The position numbers and the translations under genes were made by a program. This document shows positions 1 to 9,215 of a DNA stretch of 20,076 nt, piece by piece (within the stretch, counting starts at the first letter, position 1; every line of letters begins with the position of its first letter). Under the pieces are notes generated by a model, which worked only from the letters and a program-made list of their open reading frames with translations, did no database searches and was not told the DNA's origin. Source of the DNA: a bacterium (GTDB lineage Bacteria > Zhuqueibacterota > Zhuqueibacteria > Oceanimicrobiales > Oceanimicrobiaceae); NCBI GenBank assembly GCA_046757025.1, contig JBHHXN010000092.1:1-20076 (forward strand). Direction: 5' to 3'.

Positions 1-774
1 ACCGGCAAGCTCTGGTTTTACAATAACCGCGGCAGGCTCACGCAAGAAGTCACTTTATTCCCGCAAGCTGAATACGATTTAGAGCGCAGCCAGCACTTAG
101 CTTTGAGCGCGGACGGTTCCGCGCTCACCGTGGCCGCCTCGAATCGCAGCTCGGTGCCAGGCAGTGAAAATGCAGCAACCGTGCAGGAAGCGCAGGTGTT
201 CCTGTTCCGTGCAAACGGCGAACGGCTGTGGCGCAGCATTCTGCCTGAAAACCGGACGGCACTGACCGCCCTTTCTACGGACGGAAAATTTACAGCCGTG
301 GGCTGTTACAATTCCGATGACCCGGCAAACATCAAAAAACGCACCCTGCTGTTCGACGGCGCCGGGCAGCGAATCGGGGAAGCGAAAATTTTGTTCATAA
401 TGGCGGCTTTTTCTCCCGATTCAAAATATCTTATTTTAGCCGACAACCACGCTGTTGAAATGCTGGAGCTGGCCAGCGGGCAAACTCTCTGGACGCAAAA
501 TCTGAACAGACAGCACGGCCGGCTCACGGCGGTGGCGCTGTCGAATGCGGCTGATTTTGCCATCGCCCTGATCGCCAAAAGCCATTTCAAAGCGAACACC
601 TTTGTCTTTTCCGAGCCGCGGCTGCGGGTTTACAGCCGCACCGGAACGATGGTTCAGGAAATTTCCTTTGCGGGTGAAGAATTCGCCACATCCGCGCTTA
701 CCCTCTCCGACGACGCCCGTGCGCTCGCTATCGGATTTAAAAATTCCTACTACCTTTTTGAAGCCCACCGATGA
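1..774 (+). CDS. 5'-truncated beta-propeller-like (WD40/PQQ-like) hypothetical protein
   Basis: Frame 1 is open from base 1 (TGKLWFYNNRG...) into the 103..774 ORF, so the true start lies upstream of the window. It has repeated blade-like motifs (ALSADGS, ALSTDGKF, AFSPDSKY, ALSNAADF, TLSDDARAL), and its stop overlaps the next start (ATGA at 771-774). Confidence 0.75.
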   Translation, partial: TGKLWFYNNRGRLTQEVTLFPQAEYDLERSQHLALSADGSALTVAASNRSSVPGSENAATVQEAQVFLFRANGERLWRSILPENRTALTALSTDGKFTAVGCYNSDDPANIKKRTLLFDGAGQRIGEAKILFIMAAFSPDSKYLILADNHAVEMLELASGQTLWTQNLNRQHGRLTAVALSNAADFAIALIAKSHFKANTFVFSEPRLRVYSRTGTMVQEISFAGEEFATSALTLSDDARALAIGFKNSYYLFEAHR

Positions 775-3023
775 CCCTGAAAATCTTTTCATTATTTATG
801 GTAGTTTTTTCTGCCGATTACCTGCTGGCGCAAACGCAATTTCCCTGGCCCATAGACGATGTGAATCAGCCACACGAAGTTTCAGGCGCCTTTGCCGAAT
901 ACCGCGACACCGGAAGTTCGGATCATTTTCACAGCGGTACAGATATTCCAAAAGCAGACGGCTCGCCGGTCTATTCGGTGAAAGATGGCGTGGTCACCCG
1001 TTTTGTTACGACCGGGTCCGCCGCTTATGTACGGGTCCAGGACATGGCTTACGTGCATATAAAGCCCAATCCAGCGCTTGCCATCGGGGATTCGGTTTTT
1101 GCTTCAAAAACCATTGTGGGCACCATTCTACCGGGACAGGGGCACGTGCATTTTATCAACGGCAATCCGGGAGCTGAAAAAAACAGCAGTTTGATCGGCA
1201 GCGGTTTGACGCCGTTCGTGGACGATTGCCCGCCCAGAATCCAGTACATTCGCTTTTATCAGAACAACTCCAACGTGCAGTTTCCCTCCAACGAAGTGAG
1301 CGGGCTGGTGGACATCATCGTCAAGGTGAAAGAAGAGCACGGCCCGCCTGGCAGCGGTATCTGTCGGCGAAACAACGGTGCTTACAAAGTGGGGTATAAA
1401 ATTCTGTCGGCAGACCGCCAGACCGTGGTGTTCGAGCCGCCCAACAACGGCGTGCGCTTTCAATTCGACCGCAAGCCCAACAACGCTTACGTGAACATCG
1501 TCTTTTTCAAAGCGCTCTCCACCCTCTCCAGCCACGTGTACCAGGTAACCAACGACGTCAGCCGGGACAATTTCTGGAACACCACCGCCATCCCCAAAGG
1601 CGAATATGTGGTGATGGCGTTTGCCGAAGACACCCGTGGGCATGCGGACACGGCCTACGCGACGGTGGTCACCACCGAGGCCGACCTGACGCCGCCGGCG
1701 CAGCCGATTTTTAAATACACCAAAGAAAGAGGAAACGACCTGACTTTAAGCTGGTTCCCGAATGCTGACTCCGATCTGTTGGGCTACCGGCTCTATTTCA
1801 GCTTCGACAATTTGCGCTGGTCGCTGTTTCGGGACGAGAACGTCATGACCGCGGCAGTGAACGACACGGCCATCACTCAGGTGCTGAATCGGGACGTCTA
1901 TTTTCGTCTGACCGCAGTGGACAAAGCGCCGGTGCCCAATGAAAGCGCGGCCTCCGACGTGTTCGGCCTGAGCAACGGTCCTTTTATCGACAAGGTGCTG
2001 ATCGTGGACGGCTTTGACCGCGCCCTGGGCGCAAGCTGGAACGAGCCCGGACATCCGTTCGTTTTTGTGCACGGCCGCGCCATCATCGCCAACGGTTACA
2101 GTTTCGACGCCGCCACTAATGACGCCGTGGAGGACGGCGCCATCGATTTAAACGACTACAAAGCCGTCTTCTGGATTTTGAGCGATGAATCTTCAAGCGA
2201 TGAAACCTTCAGCCAGAATGAACAGGCTTTAGTAAAAAATTATTTGGAAAACGGCGGCTGCCTGTTTGTGAGCGGTTCGGAAATTGCCTGGGATCTGGAC
2301 CAGGACAGCGGCGCGTATGGCACCACCACGGTCGATGAACAGTTTTTGAACCAGTACTTGAAAGCGAATTTTGTGGCGAAAATTTCAAATCCAGGACGTC
2401 TTAACGGCACACCTGGAGGCATTTTTGAGGGACTGAACCTCACCCTCAGCGACAGCCTTTATTCAGAAGATTCCACCCACGTCGTCGAACCGGCTGACGA
2501 AAAGGTCGTCACCAACCTGACCTACGGAGATTCCCGAATCGCCGGCCTTCAATTTCAGGGAAGGTTTGGCAGCGGCGCTACCACGGCTAAATTGGTTTAT
2601 GTGGCATTCCCGTTTGAAATCATTTCCGGCAAAGAGGCTCGGGTGGAATTCATGCGGCGGGTTTTGGATTTCTTTTTCAATGTCACCTCGGTGGTGTCCA
2701 CTGAAACCAGCACACCGCCCAGGGAGTTTTCACTGCTGCAAAATTATCCCAATCCATTTAATCCTGAAACCACTGTTGAATTTCAACTGCCGCAAACGGC
2801 ACGGGTGAATCTGTCCATTTTAAATCTCCTGGGACAGAAAGTGCGGACGCTCTCAGCGGGCGTGATGACTGCGGGCGTTTTCCGCCGTTCCTGGAACGGT
2901 GTGGATGACCGCGGTCAGTCTGTCACCAGCGGGGTCTATTTTCTGCGCTTTCAGGCGAAATCGGTGAATTCATCAAACGAAATTCTGTTTCAGAAAACAC
3001 ACAAAATGTTGATACTAAAATAA
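771..3023 (+). CDS. Secreted M23-like metallopeptidase with FN3, IVDGFDR domain and C-terminal T9SS-type sorting/FlgD-Ig domain
   Basis: 750-aa ORF with a signal peptide ending LLA|Q. M23-type zinc motifs HSGTD (HxxxD, ~930-944) and HVH (HxH, ~1143-1151). FN3 segment (DLTPPAQP..LSW..DLLGYRLY..YFRLTAVD..NES) and C-terminal QNYPNPFNPETT..WNGVDDRG..SGVYF. Confidence 0.85.
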   Translation: MTLKIFSLFMVVFSADYLLAQTQFPWPIDDVNQPHEVSGAFAEYRDTGSSDHFHSGTDIPKADGSPVYSVKDGVVTRFVTTGSAAYVRVQDMAYVHIKPNPALAIGDSVFASKTIVGTILPGQGHVHFINGNPGAEKNSSLIGSGLTPFVDDCPPRIQYIRFYQNNSNVQFPSNEVSGLVDIIVKVKEEHGPPGSGICRRNNGAYKVGYKILSADRQTVVFEPPNNGVRFQFDRKPNNAYVNIVFFKALSTLSSHVYQVTNDVSRDNFWNTTAIPKGEYVVMAFAEDTRGHADTAYATVVTTEADLTPPAQPIFKYTKERGNDLTLSWFPNADSDLLGYRLYFSFDNLRWSLFRDENVMTAAVNDTAITQVLNRDVYFRLTAVDKAPVPNESAASDVFGLSNGPFIDKVLIVDGFDRALGASWNEPGHPFVFVHGRAIIANGYSFDAATNDAVEDGAIDLNDYKAVFWILSDESSSDETFSQNEQALVKNYLENGGCLFVSGSEIAWDLDQDSGAYGTTTVDEQFLNQYLKANFVAKISNPGRLNGTPGGIFEGLNLTLSDSLYSEDSTHVVEPADEKVVTNLTYGDSRIAGLQFQGRFGSGATTAKLVYVAFPFEIISGKEARVEFMRRVLDFFFNVTSVVSTETSTPPREFSLLQNYPNPFNPETTVEFQLPQTARVNLSILNLLGQKVRTLSAGVMTAGVFRRSWNGVDDRGQSVTSGVYFLRFQAKSVNSSNEILFQKTHKMLILK

Positions 3024-3056
3024 AATGGCAGCCGAGATACCTAAGGAAAATATTCA

Positions 3057-5543
3057 ATGAGACAACAGACTTTATCGATCATTCTTCTGATTTTTGCAAA
3101 CACGCAGCCGGGCTTTGCCTTGCAAACGAAAAATGCCGGCAAACCGGCGCCGCAAGAAAATCAATTCATCAGCATCCATCAAATAGAATGGCAGCAGCAC
3201 AAAGAGCAGCCGCTGGAGGAAACCATTGCCAAATTTACAGGCCCTCCCATGGACTTGGTGGCAAGAAGCGCGGCGCCGGACAAAGAGATCTTTGGTTACC
3301 TACCGTACTGGATGTACAACAATTATCCCAATTTAAATTACGATCTTTTAACCACCATCGCCTATTTTGGCGTGGATATCAACGAGCACGGCAACATCGT
3401 GAACCGGCACCACTGGCCGGCCGCCGGCTTGATCAACCTGGCGCACAGCAAAGGCGTGCGGGTGGTGTTGACCGTCATCCTTTTTGTTCCTCCGCAACTG
3501 GAGTCGCTGCTCAGCGACGCCAGCCGCAGAACACACCTCATTTCTAATTTATTGTCTCAGGTCAAAAACGCCAACGCCGACGGTGTCACCATCGATTTCG
3601 AGGGCATCCCACGCGGGAATGAAGCCAACCTCACGGCTTTTATGTCGGAGCTGACCGAGCGCTTTCACACGGAAATCCCCGGCTCCTATGTCACCATTTT
3701 CACGCCGGCGGTGGATTGGCGCGACAATTACAACTACTTTGAGCTGGCACAGATCACCGACGGCCTGGTGATGCAGGGCTACGATTTTCACTGGAGTACC
3801 GGTCCCACGGCCGGCCCCACCGCGCCCCTGGCGGGCGGCACCTACAACGTCACCCGCACCGTGAACGAGTATCTCGGCGAAACCCTGTACAGCACTTCCA
3901 AACTGATCCTGAGCGTGCCTTTTTTTGGATTTGAATGGCCCACCAAAAGCAGCGCCAAAGAATCGCAGACCACCGGCAGAGGCAATTCCATTTTTTACAG
4001 CGAAGCCTATCCCAACGCCATGAATTACGGCCGGTTGTGGGACAGCGTATCCCAGACCCCCTGGTACCGGTATCAGGACAACGGTCAGTGGCACCAGGGC
4101 TGGTACGACGACAGCTTGAGTCTGGCTAAAAAGTTTGAGCTGGCGAATGCGGAAGCTCTGAAGGGCATCGCCATCTGGGCGCTGGGCTACGACGGCCAGC
4201 GGCCGGAGCTGCAAAGCGCGTTGGCGGACGCGTTCGGCTCCACAGCCGCCCCGCTGAAACCGGTGGCACTGCAGATTTTAAACGCCGGCAACGCCACCGT
4301 ACAAATCGTCAGTCAGCCGGCCGCTGGCGCCACAGCTTACAAGATTTACCAAAGCCGGGATGGCAGCCAATTCGACCGCGAACGGACGTTCCCAAACGAA
4401 GTCATCACCTTGACCAATCTGTCGCAGGACACCACTTACTATTTCAAATTATCAGCGGTAAACGGTAACGGCGAAAGCAACGCCACCGAAGTCCTGGCGG
4501 TGCGGCCCAGTACGGCCCCGGTGGAAATTTTAATCGTCAACGGTTTTGATCGCACCAACGGCACCGTCAACACTTTCGATTTTATCAAGCGCTTTGCCCC
4601 GTCCGTGGTGCGGACCGGTTACGCGTTTGATTCCTGTTCCAATGAAGCGATTCAGAACCGGATGGTGCCGTTGAGCAATTATTCGATGGTGCTGTGGATA
4701 TCCGGGGAAGAGGGCACGGCCGACGAGAGCTTTAGCGCCACCGAACAATCCTTGGTTGCGGACTATCTCGAGCACGGCGGTAAACTTTTTGTCTCTGGCT
4801 CTGAAATTGGTTACGACCTGGTGGAAAAAGGCAGCTCTGCAGATAAAAGTTTTTACCACACTTACTTGAAGGCGGAATATGTACAGGATAAAGTCGGTAC
4901 ACACTCTGCTTCAGGTACCCCTGCAGGCATCTTCGCGGATATTCTGGCAGCCACTTTCGACAACGGCTTGCACGGCACCTACAACGTCGATTTTCCTGAC
5001 GGCATCAGACCAGTGGAGGGCGCTCTATTAAATTTAACCTACGATGGCTTCAACGTTGCGAGTAGTGGCGGCGCGGGCATTCAATATGAAGGTACTTTTG
5101 GCGATGGCACATTATCAGGAAAGCTTGTGTACCTGGGTTTCCCTTTTGAAACCGTTTATCCGGAAACAACACGAGACCAGATCATGCAATCCGTAATGGA
5201 CTTTTTCGATGGCACTTTAACCAGTGTTGCTATACCGGTCACTGAAAATCCCACGCCAGACGAATTTATGCTGGCGCAGAACTATCCCAACCCATTCAAT
5301 CCTGCCACCACGATTTTTTACCGCCTGAGCCATTCAACTCCGCAGCGCGTGCAGCTCAAAGTGTTTAATTTGAAGGGCCAGGAAATCGTTACGCTGGTGG
5401 ATGTACCGCAGGCCGCTGGAGAATACCGGGTTTCCTGGAACGGTGAAGATTATTTGGAGCAGAAGGTCGCCAGTGGAGTGTATGTTTACCGTCTGCAGGT
5501 TGGAGAGCAATTCCAGCTCAAACGCATGACACTGGTGAGGTGA
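3057..5543 (+). CDS. Secreted GH18 glycoside hydrolase (chitobiase/peptidoglycan-hydrolase-like) with FN3, IVNGFDR domain and C-terminal sorting domain
   Basis: 828-aa ORF with a signal peptide. GH18 features IFGYLPYW, DGVTIDFE (~3579-3602), MQGYDFHW, WYDD..SL..K and GIAIWALGYD. FN3 (TYYFKLSAVNGNGES) and C-terminal QNYPNPFNP..SGVYVYRL. Confidence 0.88.
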   Translation: MRQQTLSIILLIFANTQPGFALQTKNAGKPAPQENQFISIHQIEWQQHKEQPLEETIAKFTGPPMDLVARSAAPDKEIFGYLPYWMYNNYPNLNYDLLTTIAYFGVDINEHGNIVNRHHWPAAGLINLAHSKGVRVVLTVILFVPPQLESLLSDASRRTHLISNLLSQVKNANADGVTIDFEGIPRGNEANLTAFMSELTERFHTEIPGSYVTIFTPAVDWRDNYNYFELAQITDGLVMQGYDFHWSTGPTAGPTAPLAGGTYNVTRTVNEYLGETLYSTSKLILSVPFFGFEWPTKSSAKESQTTGRGNSIFYSEAYPNAMNYGRLWDSVSQTPWYRYQDNGQWHQGWYDDSLSLAKKFELANAEALKGIAIWALGYDGQRPELQSALADAFGSTAAPLKPVALQILNAGNATVQIVSQPAAGATAYKIYQSRDGSQFDRERTFPNEVITLTNLSQDTTYYFKLSAVNGNGESNATEVLAVRPSTAPVEILIVNGFDRTNGTVNTFDFIKRFAPSVVRTGYAFDSCSNEAIQNRMVPLSNYSMVLWISGEEGTADESFSATEQSLVADYLEHGGKLFVSGSEIGYDLVEKGSSADKSFYHTYLKAEYVQDKVGTHSASGTPAGIFADILAATFDNGLHGTYNVDFPDGIRPVEGALLNLTYDGFNVASSGGAGIQYEGTFGDGTLSGKLVYLGFPFETVYPETTRDQIMQSVMDFFDGTLTSVAIPVTENPTPDEFMLAQNYPNPFNPATTIFYRLSHSTPQRVQLKVFNLKGQEIVTLVDVPQAAGEYRVSWNGEDYLEQKVASGVYVYRLQVGEQFQLKRMTLVR

Positions 5544-5662
5544 AGTGAGAGGGCTGCCTCTTGGGTACAGGGAGTGGTGGGCTGCGCAAATTCTCAAAAA
5601 ATGTCATTAGTAACATTTGAATTATCATAAAAAATTCAAACCTGAATAGAAGGAGGCAAGTT

Positions 5663-6133
5663 ATGTTCAAGAAAAATTTAATTATGTTTATTTTGGTGCT
5701 AATCGCAGGTGTTGTGACGATGGCTTTCAACACACTTTCAAATGAAAACGACACAGCGGTGGACGAGGTGCGTTCGCTGGTGGAAGCCGCCTACCTGAAC
5801 GGCGCCTTCAACGATTTGGACACCGAAAGCATGCGAACGGGTTTTCACCGCAAGTTTGCGATTTTTTCTGCGCAAGGGGAGGAATTACGCAAATACCCCA
5901 TCAAATCCTGGATCGCCGGTATTGAAAAAAGAAAAGCGCAGGAGGATTTTGATCCCAATTCTCAAAAATGGGACTATGAATTCAAATACATCGACGTCAC
6001 AGGTGGTTCCGCGGCAGTGAAAATCGAGCTTTACAAAAAATCGCAATTGATTTACACCGATTATCTCTCGCTGCTAAAATTTGAAAGCGGCTGGAAGATC
6101 GTGGCGAAAGTTTATCACAAGCATGTGGACTAA
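5663..6133 (+). CDS. Exported NTF2/SnoaL-like protein (putative lumazine-binding family type)
   Basis: 156-aa ORF with RBS AGGAGG upstream and a hydrophobic N-terminus. Family-like motifs AYLNGAFN..MRTGFH, IDVTGGSAAVKIE and YTDYLSLLK..GWKIVAKVY. Confidence 0.85.
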   Translation: MFKKNLIMFILVLIAGVVTMAFNTLSNENDTAVDEVRSLVEAAYLNGAFNDLDTESMRTGFHRKFAIFSAQGEELRKYPIKSWIAGIEKRKAQEDFDPNSQKWDYEFKYIDVTGGSAAVKIELYKKSQLIYTDYLSLLKFESGWKIVAKVYHKHVD

Positions 6134-6186
6134 AATGGAATATTAATTTGATTTTATTGAGGGAATGAAATTACTTAATCATAAGA

Positions 6187-6241
6187 TGCGCAGGGGAATC
6201 CTTTACTGGCCGGACACATTTATCAGTAAATCCCTTGCGCA
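6187..6241. other. Long imperfect inverted repeat (stem-loop) downstream of the NTF2-like gene
   Basis: TGCGCAGGGGA (6187-6197) pairs with TCCCTTGCGCA (6231-6241) with one G-U, and TTTACTG (6202-6208) pairs with CAGTAAA (6224-6230). There is no U-tract on the + strand. Confidence 0.55.
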
Positions 6242-6471
6242 CTAAAATAACGATGTTTGAATTCCAAAAGAGTTTTCACTCAAACACTCATTTTTAACCA
6301 GCGTTCAGTGGAATAACCGATTTCGCTGAATTATTGACTTTCGAAAACTGAGAATCTCCACACCTCTATTGCTTGCAAAATTATCAAAATAGATTACTGT
6401 TTCTCTCTCGAAAACCATACCGGGTATAAAAAACAAAGCTTCAAATATTTCTTATGTTCATTGAAATTTAT

Positions 6472-6487
6472 TGGTACAAAATTCGCA
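6472..6487 (+). promoter_or_regulatory. Putative sigma-54 (-24/-12) promoter
   Basis: TGGTACAAAATTCGCA has exact GG-N10-GC spacing and resembles the TGGCACRNNNNTTGCW consensus. It lies in an AT-rich spacer and faces the YCF48/S8 genes. Confidence 0.4.
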
Positions 6488-7073
6488 ATGCATATTCCAA
6501 CCAACTAGATGATCAAGATTTACAAACCCAAAAAGATGGCGGTTTTTATCTTTAAAGCAAGAGGTCTAACCTTATAACGGCTCTTTTTTACAATCCGTGT
6601 CTTCTTACCTGAAAATTTTATAAATGCCCTACTGTTGCCAACTGCGTGCTCCAAACCACTACTTGTTTAAGAATTCAAGAGCGATAAATTTTTTAGTTTA
6701 AAAATGAATGATAACTAATTGGAAATTTTTGCACAAAATAATATGAAAAAAAGAAATTATTTTGAGCAGAAACTCAAAAAATGTTGTCTTAAATAGAAGA
6801 AACCATTATACTCTAATAAATGAAAACAAGAAAATAACTATTCACTATAGTAAAAAAAAAATATGAAAGGAGGTAATGCAAGGCCATAATAGAATCAATT
6901 AAGCGCTTTCTGAGCATGTCATTTTTCTGCAGCAGCCGATCAAAATTCGTATAAAGCAAAAGTCTTGAAAAAGATTGAATAGATTCCAGGATTTTTCTTT
7001 TTTCAATCTTAGCACAACACCGATGAGAAAGAGACCACTCTTATGTTTTATACTAACCACAAAGGTAAGCAAA

Positions 7074-9215
7074 ATGAAATCAATTATAACGCTCATGGTA
7101 ATTCTATCCAGCAATCTCATTTTTGCTCAGGGATGGCAATGGCTCAACCCATTGCCCCAGGGCAACACCTTACGAAACATGTATTTTGTGGATGCCAGCA
7201 CAGGTTGGCTGGTAGGCTATGGCGGCATGATCTTGCACACCCGAGATGGCGGTGAAAACTGGGAGATTCAAGAGAACCCGACTCGTGCCTGGTTTGAGAC
7301 GGTTTTTTTCGTTGACGTCAACCACGGTTGGGCGGGTGGCGACAGCTTCGATGGCGATGCTCTTATTGTTCATACCGTAGATGGCGGACAGACCTGGAAA
7401 GAGCAATCACTTGATAGTGTAAATGTATCGCGAATCAACGATATTTATTTCCTGGATTCGCAAACCGGCTGGGCGGTTGGTGATTTTGGCACAGTCTTGC
7501 GTACTACAGATGGTGGGACAAATTGGACTCAACAAAGTATCCCCGTATTTTATCATGATCTAGAGAGCGTTTTTTTTGTTGATTTGAATAAAGGTTGGGG
7601 GGTTGGCGATGGCTTTTACACAACAACAGATGGCGGCCAGAACTGGATGATCGATACCACGGATACGTTTGAACCATACAGCAGCCAGGAGATACTGTTT
7701 ACAAACCCGATGGATGGTTGGTTGTTGATGATGGGAAATAAGGTGTTTCGCACGAACGACGGCGGACAGACTTGGACAGTAAAAGGTGATGGACTGATTG
7801 GCGACCTGTCTGATCTTTCGGCGGTGAATGCGGATACGGCCTGGGTAGCTGGTGATGAAGGTTTGTTTCAGACCACGGATGGCGGCGATACATGGACAAA
7901 CAAATTGAGCAGCAACTACGTTGGCAAGGAGCTGGTTTTTTCCCCTGATGGTAGGCATGGCTGGGCTGTGCTCGACCGTCATAAAATCTACCGCAGCACC
8001 GACGGAGGCGAGCAGTGGCAGAATTTGACTGAAAATGTTTCCGAAGTTGAGTTCTGGTGTATCGATTTTGTTAATGGCAGCAACGGATGGATTGTTGGTT
8101 CAGGTGGGTTAATCCTCTTTAGTCAAGACGGTGGCGTTAATTGGCAGCAGCAATCGATTAACACCAATGCCCGGTTGAATCATGTGAAGTTTCTTGATGA
8201 GTTGACCGGATGGGTGGTGGGCTTCAATGGCGTTATTGCGAAAACTGAGGATGGCGGATCTAACTGGACTATGCTAAACCGGGATATGGGCGGACGCAGC
8301 CCGCATCAGGCTAGTTATTTTGTCGACCCACTCACTGGTTGGGTAGTCGGTGGTGATGTCGGCGAGCAGGGCTGGATATTGCATACACAAGATGGCGGCC
8401 TCAATTGGGTGGAGCAAACTCCCGGCGTGGTGGCGCAGATAAGGGATATCTTTTTTGTGAATCGGGAAGTTGGATGGGCGGTGAGTAGAATCGGTAATAT
8501 ATATCATACCGATGACGGTGGGTTGAACTGGAGCGAGCAATCTTCTGACACCAATAAATCTTTACGATCCATGTTTTTTTTCAATGAAGATATAGGGTAT
8601 ATTCTTCCGGAAAAAGAGTACATCTTATATACCAACGATGGAGGAGTTGAGTGGCAGAAGATTTATCTCAGTGGGTTTCATGGGGGATGGGATATGGCAT
8701 TTGCTGATATGCAGCATGGCTGGATCGTGGGTGGCATTGGGAAAATATTTGCGACATCCGATAGTGGCAAGACCTGGGTTTTGCAAAAAAGCGGTACTAG
8801 TCAAGGGCTCATCTCGGTTGATTTTGTGAATCAACATAAAGGTTGGGCTATCGGTGTTAATCATACCATTCTCGGCACGGAAACGGGCGGCAATGTCACC
8901 GGCGTCAAAATTCCGGAGAGTGATAGCTCCCTCCCTACTTCGTTCAAGTTCTTTCAGAATTACCCCAATCCATTTAATGCTGAAACCACGCTGTCATACG
9001 AAATCTCTTCACCCTCCCGGGTCAAATTGACTATTTACGATTTACTCGGAAGGCAGGTCATTGTATTGGTGAATCAGAATCAGCCGCCGGGAGATTACCG
9101 TTTCACCTGGAACGGCAAAAACAAAAAAGGCGAGGATGCGTCAACTGGTTTGTACCTGGTACGGTTGAAGGTTGGCCTGGCCAGCTGGGTGCAGAAGATG
9201 ACTTTACTCAGGTAG
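7074..9215 (+). CDS. YCF48-related/BNR (Asp-box) beta-propeller protein with C-terminal sorting domain
   Basis: Repeated F-x-D-x-x-x-GW-x-VG and T-x-DGG-x-x-W blades, N-terminal WQWLNPLPQGNTL and C-terminal QNYPNPFNAETT..KMTLLR. The start is placed at ATG 7074 (MKSIITL..IFA|Q signal peptide, AAAGG upstream) rather than TTG 6975. Confidence 0.88.
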   Translation: MKSIITLMVILSSNLIFAQGWQWLNPLPQGNTLRNMYFVDASTGWLVGYGGMILHTRDGGENWEIQENPTRAWFETVFFVDVNHGWAGGDSFDGDALIVHTVDGGQTWKEQSLDSVNVSRINDIYFLDSQTGWAVGDFGTVLRTTDGGTNWTQQSIPVFYHDLESVFFVDLNKGWGVGDGFYTTTDGGQNWMIDTTDTFEPYSSQEILFTNPMDGWLLMMGNKVFRTNDGGQTWTVKGDGLIGDLSDLSAVNADTAWVAGDEGLFQTTDGGDTWTNKLSSNYVGKELVFSPDGRHGWAVLDRHKIYRSTDGGEQWQNLTENVSEVEFWCIDFVNGSNGWIVGSGGLILFSQDGGVNWQQQSINTNARLNHVKFLDELTGWVVGFNGVIAKTEDGGSNWTMLNRDMGGRSPHQASYFVDPLTGWVVGGDVGEQGWILHTQDGGLNWVEQTPGVVAQIRDIFFVNREVGWAVSRIGNIYHTDDGGLNWSEQSSDTNKSLRSMFFFNEDIGYILPEKEYILYTNDGGVEWQKIYLSGFHGGWDMAFADMQHGWIVGGIGKIFATSDSGKTWVLQKSGTSQGLISVDFVNQHKGWAIGVNHTILGTETGGNVTGVKIPESDSSLPTSFKFFQNYPNPFNAETTLSYEISSPSRVKLTIYDLLGRQVIVLVNQNQPPGDYRFTWNGKNKKGEDASTGLYLVRLKVGLASWVQKMTLLR

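Noticed and set aside
6633..6653. Minus-strand sigma-54-like site (GAGCACGCAGTTGGCA)
   Set aside because: It lacks the invariant GG at -24, and no minus-strand gene lies downstream.
6975..7073. ORF-track start at 6975, and likewise the 14515 start of the beta-helix gene
   Set aside because: The downstream ATGs (7074 and 14404) give proper signal peptides and better RBS context.
7074..9215. Photosystem II assembly factor Ycf48
   Set aside because: Only the propeller repeat is shared. The protein is about twice as long, has a sorting domain and has no photosynthesis context.
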